In this document: one piece after another, positions 14,601-26,758 of the stretch
Layout: each line of letters opens with the position of its first letter
How positions within the stretch are numbered: position 1 is the stretch's first letter
Assembly: GCF_009914755.1 (NCBI RefSeq)
Contig: NC_060933.1
DNA: 64,000 nt
From: the human T2T-CHM13v2.0 reference genome, Homo sapiens
Strand: one strand, 5' to 3'
Notes under the pieces: model-generated
Told to the model about the DNA's origin: nothing
Databases searched by the model: none
The model's input: the letters and a program-made list of their open reading frames with translations, nothing else
Position numbers and translations under genes: made by a program

Positions 14601-17600
14601 GGAATGGAAAGAATGGAATCAACACGAGTGGAAGGGCATGGATTGGAATGCAATGGAATGGAATCAACCCGAGTACAGGGGAATGGAATGGAATGGAATA
14701 TAATGGAATGGAATCATCCGTATTGGAATGGAAAGGAATGGAATGGAATGGAATGGAATGGAATGGAATGGAATCAACTCGATTGCAATTGAATGGAATG
14801 GAATGGAATTAACCCGAATAGAATGGAATGGAATGGAATGGAATGGAATGGAACGGAAAGGAAGGGAATGGAATGGAATAGAATGGAATGGAATGGAATC
14901 AACGCGAGTGCAGGGGAATGGAATGGAATGGAATGCAATGGAATGGAATCTTCCGGAATGGAATGGAATGGAATGGAATGGAATGGAATGGAATCAACCG
15001 GAGTGCAATGGAATGGAGTGGAATGGAATGGAATGGAATGGAACAACCCGAATGGAATGGAATGTAATGGAGAGTAAGGGAGTTGAATAGAATCAATCCG
15101 AATGTAATGGAATGGAATGGAACGGAATGGAATTGAATGGAATGGAATGGAATGCAGTGGAATGGAATCAACCCGAGTTCAATGGAATGGAGAGGAATGG
15201 AATGGAATTGAATGGAAACTACCCGAATGGAATGGAATGTAATGGAGTGTAAGGGAATTGAATAGAATCAATCCGAATGTAATGGAATGGAATGGAACGG
15301 AATGGAATGGAATGGAATGGAATGGAATGGAATGGAATGGAATGCAATGGAATGGATTCAACTTGAATGGAATGGAAAGAATGGAATCAACACGAGTGGA
15401 ATGGCATGGATTGGAATGGAATGGAATGGAATCAACCCGACTACAGGGGAATGGAATGGAATGGAATGCAATGGAATGGAATCATCCGTAATGGAATGGA
15501 AAGGAATAGAATGGAATGGAATGGAATGGAATCAACTCGATTGCAATCGAATGGAATGGAATGGAATTAACCCGAATAGAATGGAATTGAATGGAATGGA
15601 ACGGAACGGAATGGAATGGAATGGAATGGAATGGAATGGAACGGAAAGGAAGGGAATGGAATGGAATAGAATGGAATGGAATGGAATCAACGCGAGTGCA
15701 GGGGAATGGAATGGAATGGAATGCAATGGAATGGAATCTTCCGGAACGGAATGGAATGGAATGGAATGGAATGGAATGGAATGGAGTCAACCCGATTGCA
15801 ATGGAATGGAGTGGAATGGAATGGAATGGAATGGAACAACCCGAATGGAATGGAATGTAATGGAGAGTAAGGGAGTTGAATAGAATCAATCCGAATGTAA
15901 TGGAATGGAATGGAACGGAATGGAATTGAATGGAATGGAATGGAATGCAATGGAATGGAATCAACCCGAGTGCAATGGAATGGAGAGGAATGGAATGGAA
16001 TGGAATGGAAACTACACGAATGGAATGGAAGGTAATGGAGTGTAAGGGAATTGAATAGAATCAATCCGAATGTAATGGAATGGAATGGAACGGAATGGAA
16101 TGGAATCGAATGGAATGGAATGGAATGGAATGCAATGGAATGGAATCAACCCGAGTGCAATCAAATGGAATCGAATGGAATGGAATGCAATGGAATGGAC
16201 TCAACTTGAATGGAATGGAAAGAATGGAATCAACACGAGTGGAATGGCATGGATTGGAATGGAATGGAATGGAATCAACCCGAGTACAGGGGAATGGAAT
16301 GGAATGGAATGCAATGGAATGTAATCATCCGTAATGGAATGGAAAGGAATGGAATGGAATGGAATGGAATGGAATGGAATGGAATGGAATGGAATCAACT
16401 CGTTTGCAATCGAATGGAATGGAATGGAATTAACCCGAATAGAATGGAATGGAATGGAATGGAACAGAACGGAATGGAATGGAATGGAATGGAATGGAAT
16501 GGAATGGAACGGAACGGAATGGAATGGAATGGAATGGAATGGAATGGAATGGAATGGAATCAACGCGAGTGCAGGGGAATGGAATGGAATGGAATGCAAT
16601 GGAATGGAATCTTCCGGAATGGAATGGAATGGAATGGAATGGAATGAAATGCAATGGATTCAACTCGATTGCAATGGAATGGAATAGAATGGAATGGAAT
16701 GGAATTAATCCGAATAGAATGGAATGGAATGGAATGGAACGGAATGGAACGGAATGGAATGGAATGGAATGGAATGGAATGGAATGGTATAGAATGGAAT
16801 GGAATGGAGCGGAATAGAATGGAATGGAACGAATTGTAATGGAATGGAATGGAATGGAATGGAATGGAATGGAATGGAATCAACGCGATTGCAGGGGAAT
16901 GTAATGGAAAGGAATGCAATGGAATGGAATCATCCGGAATGTAATGGAATGGAATTGAATGGAATGGAATCAACCCGAGTGCAATGGAATGGAGTGGAAT
17001 GGAATGGAATGGAATGGAACAACCCTAATGGAATAGAATGTAATGGAGAGTAAGGGAGTTGAATAGAATCAATCTGAATGTAATGGAATGGAATGCAACG
17101 GAATGGAATGGAATGGAATGGAATGGAATGCAATGGAATTGAATCAACCCGAGTACAATGGAATGGAATGGAATGGAATGGAATGGAATGGAATGATACG
17201 GAATAGAATGGAATGGAACGAAATGGAATGGAATGGAATGGAATGGAATGGAATGGAATGGAATCGTTCCGAGTGGAATAGGAGGGAATGTACTCGAGTG
17301 GAATGGAAACGAATGGTATCAACCAGAGTGGAATGGAAGGGAATGGAATGGAATGGAAACTAATAGAATGGAATCAACCCGAGTGGAATGGAATGGAAAG
17401 GACTGGAATGGAATGGAATGGAATGGAATCAACTCGATTGTAATGGAATGGAATGGAATGGAATGGAATGGAATGGAATGGAATGGAATGGAATGGAATT
17501 AACCCGAATAAAATGGAATGGAATGGAATGGAACGGAATGGAGTGGAATGGAATGGAATCAACCCGAGTGCAGGGGAATGGATTGGAATGGAATTAACCC

Positions 17601-18520
17601 GAATAAAATGGAATGGAATGGAATGGAACGGAACGGAATGGAATGGAATGGAATGGAATGGAATGGAATGGAATGGAATCAACCCGACTGCAGGGGAATG
17701 GAATGGAATGGAAGGCAATGGAATGGATTCAACTTGAATGGAATGGAAAGAATGGAATCAACACGAGTGGAATGGCATGGATTGGAATGGAATGGAATGG
17801 AATCAACCCGAGTACAGGGGAATGGAATGGAATGGAATGGAATGCAATGGAATGGAATCATCCGTAATGGAATGGAAAGGAATGGAATGGAATGGAATGG
17901 AATGGAATGGAATGGAATGGAATCAACTCGTTTGCAATCGAATGGAATGGAATGCAATTAACCCGAATAGAATGGAATGGAATTGAATGGAATGGAACGG
18001 AACGGAATGGAACGGAACGGAGTGCAATGGAATGGAATGGAATTGTATGGAATGGAATGGCATGGTACGGAATAGAATGGAATGGAAAGAATTGGAATGG
18101 AATGGAATCGAATGGAATGGAATGGAATGGAATGGAATCAACCCGAGTGCAGGGGAATGTAATGGAAAGGAATGCAATGGAATGGAATCATCCGGAATGG
18201 AATGGAATGGAATGGAATGGAATGGAATGGAATGGAATGGAATGGAATCAACCCGAGTGCAATGGAATGGAGTGGAATGGAATGGAATGGAACAACCCGA
18301 ATGGAATGGAATGTAATGGAGAGTAAGGGAGTTGAATAGAATCAATCCGAATGTAATGGAATGGAACGGAATGGAATGGAATGGAATGGAATGGAATGGA
18401 ATGGAATGGAATGCAATGGAATGGAATCAACCCGAGTACAATGGAACGGAATGGAATGGAATGTAATGGAATGGAATGGAATGGAATGGAATGGTATGGA
18501 ATCAACCCGAGTGCAATGGA
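2605..18520 (+). repeat. ~4.3 kb higher-order repeat, 4 copies (approx. 4332, 4228, 3195 and ~4157 bp)
   Basis: Marker GGATAGGAAT at 2611, 6943, 11171 and 14366. Identical translated ORFs at 2724, 7061, 11289, 14484, and near-identical ones at 5145, 9507, 12573, 16930. Confidence 0.85.
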
Positions 18521-21500
18521 ATGGAGAGGAATGGAATGGAATGGAATGGAAACTACCCGAATGGAATGGAATGTAATGGAGCGTAAGGGAATTGAATAGA
18601 ATCAATCCGAATGGAATGGAATGGAATGGAACGGAATGTAATGGAATGGAATGGAATGGAATCAACCCGAGTGCAGACGAATGGAATGGAATGGAATGCA
18701 TTGGAATGGAATCATCCGGAATGGAATGGAATGGAATGCAATGGAGTGGAATGGAATGGAATCAACCCGAGTGCAATGGAATGGAGTGAAATGGAATGGA
18801 ATGGAATGGAAACAACCAGAATGGATTGGAATATAATGGAGTGTAAGGGAATTGAATAGAATCAATCTGAATGTAATGAAATGGAATGGAACGGAATGGA
18901 ATGGAATGGAATGGAATGGAATGGAATGCAATGGAATGGAATCAACCCGAGTGCAATCGAATGGAATCGAATGGAATGGAATGCAATGGAATGGATTCAA
19001 CTTGAATGGAAAGGAAAGAATGGAATCAACACGAGTGGAATGGCATGGATTGGAATGGAATGGAATGGAATCAACCCGAGTACAGGGGAATGGAATGGAA
19101 TGGAATGCAATAGAATGGAATCATCAGTAATGGAATGGAAAGGAATGGAAAGGACTGGAATGGAATGGAATGTAATGGAATGGAATGGAATCAACTCGAT
19201 TGCAATCGAATGGAATGGAATGGAATGGAATCAACTCGATTGCAATCGAATGGAATGGAATGGAATTAACCCGAATAGAATGGAATGGAATGGAATGGAA
19301 CGGAACGGAATGGAATGGAATGGAATGGAATGGAATGGAACGGAACGGAATGGAATGGAACGGAAAGGAATGGAATGGAATGGAATGGAATGGAATGGAA
19401 TGGAATGGAATCAACGCGAGTGCAGGGGAATGGAATGGAATCGAATGGAATGGAAAGGAATGGAATGGAATCAACCCGAGTGCAGGGGAATGTAATGGAA
19501 CGGAATGCAATGGAATGGAATCATCCGGAATGGAATGGAATGGAATCAACCCGAGTGCAATGGAATGGAGTGGAATGGAATGGAATGGAATGGAACAACC
19601 CGAATGGAATGGAATGTAATGGAGAGTAAGGGAGTTGAAAAGAATCAATCCGAATGTAATGGAATGGAATGGAACGGAATGGAATGGAATGGAATGGAAT
19701 GCAATGGAATGGAATCAACCCGAGTACAATGGAATGGAATGGAATGGAATGGAATGGAATGGAATGGAATGGAATGGAATGGAATGGAATGGAATGCAAT
19801 GGAATGGAATCTTCCGGAATGGAATGGAATGGAATGGAATGGAATGGAATTCAATGGATTCAACTCGATTGCAATGGAATGGAATAGAATGGAATGGAAT
19901 GGAATGGAATGGAATGGAATTAAACCGAATAGAATGGAATGGAACGGAGCAGAACGGAACGGAACGGAAAGGAGTGGAATGGAATGGAATGGAATTGTAT
20001 GGAATGGAATGGAATGGTACGGAATAGAATGGAATGGAAAGAATTGTAATGGAATGGAATGGAATGGAATGGAATGGAATGGAATGGAATCAACCCGAGT
20101 GCAGGGGAATGTAATGGAACGGAATGCAATGGAATGGAATCATTCTGAATGGAATGGAATGGAATGGAATGGAATGGAATGGAATGGAATCAACCCGAGT
20201 GCAATGGAATGGAGTGGAATGGAATGGAATGGAATGGAACAACCCGAATGGAATGGAATGTAATGGAGAGTAAGGGAGTTGAATAGAATCAATCCGAATG
20301 TAATAGAATGGAATGGAACGGAACGGAATGGAATGGAATGGAATGGAATGGAATGGAATGCAATGGAATGGATTCAACTTGAATGGAATGGAAAGAATGG
20401 AATCAACACGAGTGGAATGGCATGGATTGGAATGGAATGGAATGGAATCAACCCGAGTACAGGGGAATGGAATGGAATGGAATGCAATGGAATGGAATCA
20501 TCCGTAATGGAATGGAAAGGAATAGAATGGAATGGAATGGAATGGAATCAACTCGATTGCAATCGAATGGAATGGAATGGAATTAACCCGAATAGAATGG
20601 AATTGAATGGAATGGAACGGAACGGAATGGAATGGAATGGAATGGAATGGAATGGAACGGAAAGGAAGGGAATGGAATGGAATAGAATGGAATGGAATGG
20701 AATCAACGCGAGTGCAGGGGAATGGAATGGAATGGAATGCAATGGAATGGAATCTTCCGGAACGGAATGGAATGGAATGGAATGGAATGGAATGGAATGG
20801 AATGGAGTCAACCCGAATGCAATGGAATGGAGTGGAATGGAATGGAACAACCCGAATGGAATGGAATGTAATGGAGAGTAAGGGAGTTGAATAGAATCAA
20901 TCCGAATGTAATGGAATGGAATGGAACGGAATGGAATTGAATGGAATGGAATGGAATGCAATGGAATGGAATCAACCCGAGTGCAATGGAATGGAGAGGA
21001 ATGGAATGGAATGGAATGGAAACTACACGAATGGAATGGAAGGTAATGGAGTGTAAGGGAATTGAATAGAATCAATCCGAATGTAATGGAATGGAATGGA
21101 ACGGAATGGAATGGAATCGAATGGAATGGAATGGAATCAACGCGAGTGCAGGGGAATGGAATGGAATGGAATGCAATGGAATGGAATCTTCCGGAACGGA
21201 ATGGAATGGAATGGAATGGAATGGAATGGAGTCAACCCGATTGCAATGGAATGGAGTGGAATGGAATGGAATGGAATGGAACAACCCGAATGGAATGGAA
21301 TGTAATGGAGAGTAAGGGAGTTGAATAGAATCAATCCGAATGTAATGGAATGGAATGGAACGGAATGGAATTGAATGGAATGGAATGGAATGCAATGGAA
21401 TGGAATCAACCCGAGTGCAATGGAATGGAGAGGAATGGAATGGAATGGAATGGAAACTACACGAATGGAATGGAAGGTAATGGAGTGTAAGGGAATTGAA

Positions 21501-24500
21501 TAGAATCAATCCGAATGTAATGGAATGGAATGGAACGGAATGGAATGGAATCGAATGGAATGGAATGGAATGGAATGCAATGGAATGGAATCAACCCGAG
21601 TGCAATCAAATGGAATCGAATGGAATGGAATGCAATGGAATGGACTCAACTTGAATGGAATGGAAAGAATGGAATCAACACGAGTGGAATGGCATGGATT
21701 GGAATGGAATGGAATGGAATCAACCCGAGTACAGGGGAATGGAATGGAATGGAATGCAATGGAATGTAATCATCCGTAATGGAATGGAAAGGAATGGAAT
21801 GGAATGGAATGGAATGGAATGGAATGGAATGGAATGGAATGGAATCAACTCGTTTGCAATCGAATGGAATGGAATGGAATTAACCCGAATAGAATGGAAT
21901 GGAATGGAATGGAACAGAACGGAATGGAATGGAATGGAATGGAATGGAATGGAACGGAACGGAATGGAATGGAATGGAATGGAATGGAATGGAATGGAAT
22001 GGAATCAACGCGAGTGCAGGGGAATGGAATGGAATGGAATGCAATGGAATGGAATCTTCCGGAATGGAATGGAATGGAATGGAATGGAATGAAATGCAAT
22101 GGATTCAACTCGATTGCAATGGAATGGAATAGAATGGAATGGAATGGAATTAATCCGAATAGAATGGAATGGAATGGAATGGAACGGAATGGAACGGAAT
22201 GGAATGGAATGGAATGGAATGGAATGGAATGGTATAGAATGGAATGGAATGGAGCGGAATAGAATGGAATGGAACGAATTGTAATGGAATGGAATGGAAT
22301 GGAATGGAATGGAATGGAATGGAATCAACGCGATTGCAGGGGAATGTAATGGAAAGGAATGCAATGGAATGGAATCATCCGGAATGTAATGGAATGGAAT
22401 TGAATGGAATGGAATCAACCCGAGTGCAATGGAATGGAGTGGAATGGAATGGAATGGAATGGAACAACCCTAATGGAATAGAATGTAATGGAGAGTAAGG
22501 GAGTTGAATAGAATCAATCTGAATGTAATGGAATGGAATGCAACGGAATGGAATGGAATGGAATGGAATGGAATGCAATGGAATTGAATCAACCCGAGTA
22601 CAATGGAATGGAATGGAATGGAATGGAATGGAATGGAATGATACGGAATAGAATGGAATGGAACGAAATGGAATGGAATGGAATGGAATGGAATGGAATG
22701 GAATGGAATCGTTCCGAGTGGAATAGGAGGGAATGTACTCGAGTGGAATGGAAACGAATGGTATCAACCAGAGTGGAATGGAAGGGAATGGAATGGAATG
22801 GAAACTAATAGAATGGAATCAACCCGAGTGGAATGGAATGGAAAGGACTGGAATGGAATGGAATGGAATGGAATCAACTCGATTGTAATGGAATGGAATG
22901 GAATGGAATGGAATGGAATGGAATGGAATGGAATGGAATTAACCCGAATAAAATGGAATGGAATGGAATGGAACGGAATGGAGTGGAATGGAATGGAATC
23001 AACCCGAGTGCAGGGGAATGGATTGGAATGGAATTAACCCGAATAAAATGGAATGGAATGGAATGGAACGGAACGGAATGGAATGGAATGGAATGGAATG
23101 GAATGGAATGGAATCAACCCGACTGCAGGGGAATGGAATGGAATGGAAGGCAATGGAATGGATTCAACTTGAATGGAATGGAAAGAATGGAATCAACACG
23201 AGTGGAATGGCATGGATTGGAATGGAATGGAATGGAATCAACCCGAGTACAGGGGAATGGAATGGAATGGAATGGAATGCAATGGAATGGAATCATCCGT
23301 AATGGAATGGAAAGGAATGGAATGGAATGGAATGGAATGGAATGGAATGGAATGGAATCAACTCGTTTGCAATCGAATGGAATGGAATGCAATTAACCCG
23401 AATAGAATGGAATGGAATTGAATGGAATGGAACGGAACGGAATGGAACGGAACGGAGTGCAATGGAATGGAATGGAATTGTATGGAATGGAATGGCATGG
23501 TACGGAATAGAATGGAATGGAAAGAATTGGAATGGAATGGAATCGAATGGAATGGAATGGAATGGAATGGAATCAACCCGAGTGCAGGGGAATGTAATGG
23601 AAAGGAATGCAATGGAATGGAATCATCCGGAATGGAATGGAATGGAATGGAATGGAATGGAATGGAATGGAATGGAATCAACCCGAGTGCAATGGAATGG
23701 AGTGGAATGGAATGGAATGGAACAACCCGAATGGAATGGAATGTAATGGAGAGTAAGGGAGTTGAATAGAATCAATCCGAATGTAATGGAATGGAACGGA
23801 ATGGAATGGAATGGAATGGAATGGAATGGAATGGAATGGAATGCAATGGAATGGAATCAACCCGAGTACAATGGAACGGAATGGAATGGAATGTAATGGA
23901 ATGGAATGGAATGGAATGGAATGGTATGGAATCAACCCGAGTGCAATGGAATGGAGAGGAATGGAATGGAATGGAATGGAAACTACCCGAATGGAATGGA
24001 ATGTAATGGAGCGTAAGGGAATTGAATAGAATCAATCCGAATGGAATGGAATGGAATGGAACGGAATGTAATGGAATGGAATGGAATGGAATCAACCCGA
24101 GTGCAGACGAATGGAATGGAATGGAATGCATTGGAATGGAATCATCCGGAATGGAATGGAATGGAATGCAATGGAGTGGAATGGAATGGAATCAACCCGA
24201 GTGCAATGGAATGGAGTGAAATGGAATGGAATGGAATGGAAACAACCAGAATGGATTGGAATATAATGGAGTGTAAGGGAATTGAATAGAATCAATCTGA
24301 ATGTAATGAAATGGAATGGAACGGAATGGAATGGAATGGAATGGAATGGAATGGAATGCAATGGAATGGAATCAACCCGAGTGCAATCGAATGGAATCGA
24401 ATGGAATGGAATGCAATGGAATGGATTCAACTTGAATGGAAAGGAAAGAATGGAATCAACACGAGTGGAATGGCATGGATTGGAATGGAATGGAATGGAA

Positions 24501-26550
24501 TCAACCCGAGTACAGGGGAATGGAATGGAATGGAATGCAATAGAATGGAATCATCAGTAATGGAATGGAAAGGAATGGAAAGGACTGGAATGGAATGGAA
24601 TGTAATGGAATGGAATGGAATCAACTCGATTGCAATCGAATGGAATGGAATGGAATGGAATCAACTCGATTGCAATCGAATGGAATGGAATGGAATTAAC
24701 CCGAATAGAATGGAATGGAATGGAATGGAACGGAACGGAATGGAATGGAATGGAATGGAATGGAATGGAACGGAACGGAATGGAATGGAACGGAAAGGAA
24801 TGGAATGGAATGGAATGGAATGGAATGGAATGGAATGGAATCAACGCGAGTGCAGGGGAATGGAATGGAATCGAATGGAATGGAAAGGAATGGAATGGAA
24901 TCAACCCGAGTGCAGGGGAATGTAATGGAACGGAATGCAATGGAATGGAATCATCCGGAATGGAATGGAATGGAATCAACCCGAGTGCAATGGAATGGAG
25001 TGGAATGGAATGGAATGGAATGGAACAACCCGAATGGAATGGAATGTAATGGAGAGTAAGGGAGTTGAAAAGAATCAATCCGAATGTAATGGAATGGAAT
25101 GGAACGGAATGGAATGGAATGGAATGGAATGCAATGGAATGGAATCAACCCGAGTACAATGGAATGGAATGGAATGGAATGGAATGGAATGGAATGGAAT
25201 GGAATGGAATGGAATGGAATGGAATGCAATGGAATGGAATCTTCCGGAATGGAATGGAATGGAATGGAATGGAATGGAATTCAATGGATTCAACTCGATT
25301 GCAATGGAATGGAATAGAATGGAATGGAATGGAATGGAATGGAATGGAATTAAACCGAATAGAATGGAATGGAACGGAGCAGAACGGAACGGAACGGAAA
25401 GGAGTGGAATGGAATGGAATGGAATTGTATGGAATGGAATGGAATGGTACGGAATAGAATGGAATGGAAAGAATTGTAATGGAATGGAATGGAATGGAAT
25501 GGAATGGAATGGAATGGAATCAACCCGAGTGCAGGGGAATGTAATGGAACGGAATGCAATGGAATGGAATCATTCTGAATGGAATGGAATGGAATGGAAT
25601 GGAATGGAATGGAATGGAATCAACCCGAGTGCAATGGAATGGAGTGGAATGGAATGGAATGGAATGGAACAACCCGAATGGAATGGAATGTAATGGAGAG
25701 TAAGGGAGTTGAATAGAATCAATCCGAATGTAATAGAATGGAATGGAACGGAACGGAATGGAATGGAATGGAATGGAATGGAATGGAATGCAATGGAATG
25801 GATTCAACTTGAATGGAATGGAAAGAATGGAATCAACACGAGTGGAATGGCATGGATTGGAATGGAATGGAATGGAATCAACCCGAGTACAGGGGAATGG
25901 AATGGAATGGAATGCAATGGAATGGAATCATCCGTAATGGAATGGAAAGGAATAGAATGGAATGGAATGGAATGGAATCAACTCGATTGCAATCGAATGG
26001 AATGGAATGGAATTAACCCGAATAGAATGGAATTGAATGGAATGGAACGGAACGGAATGGAATGGAATGGAATGGAATGGAATGGAACGGAAAGGAAGGG
26101 AATGGAATGGAATAGAATGGAATGGAATGGAATCAACGCGAGTGCAGGGGAATGGAATGGAATGGAATGCAATGGAATGGAATCTTCCGGAACGGAATGG
26201 AATGGAATGGAATGGAATGGAATGGAATGGAGTCAACCCGAATGCAATGGAATGGAGTGGAATGGAATGGAACAACCCGAATGGAATGGAATGTAATGGA
26301 GAGTAAGGGAGTTGAATAGAATCAATCCGAATGTAATGGAATGGAATGGAACGGAATGGAATTGAATGGAATGGAATGGAATGCAATGGAATGGAATCAA
26401 CCCGAGTGCAATGGAATGGAGAGGAATGGAATGGAATGGAATGGAAACTACACGAATGGAATGGAAGGTAATGGAGTGTAAGGGAATTGAATAGAATCAA
26501 TCCGAATGTAATGGAATGGAATGGAACGGAATGGAATGGAATCGAATGGA
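15680..26550 (+). repeat. ~5.44 kb tandem duplication (copy 1 ~15680-21130, copy 2 ~21130-26550)
   Basis: Identical ORFs at offsets of 5430-5445 (16080/21525, 16930/22375, 18342/23772, 18881/24311, 19505/24935, 20090/25520). Private markers AACCCTAATG, TGTACTCGAG, GTGCAGACGA and TCATCAGTAA are seen exactly twice. Confidence 0.92.
19191..19270 (+). repeat. 40 bp tandem duplication (also at 24621-24700)
   Basis: TCAACTCGATTGCAATCGAATGG at 19191 and 19231. Confidence 0.8.
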
Positions 26551-26758
26551 ATGGAATGGAATGGAATGCAATGGAATGGAATCAACCCGAGTGCAATCAA
26601 ATGGAATCGAATGGAATGGAATGCAATGGAATGGACTCAACTTGAATGGAATGGAAAGAATGGAATCAACACGAGTGGAATGGCATGGATTGGAATGGAA
26701 TGGAATGGAATCAACCCGAGTACAGGGGAATGGAATGGAATGGAATGCAATGGAATGG

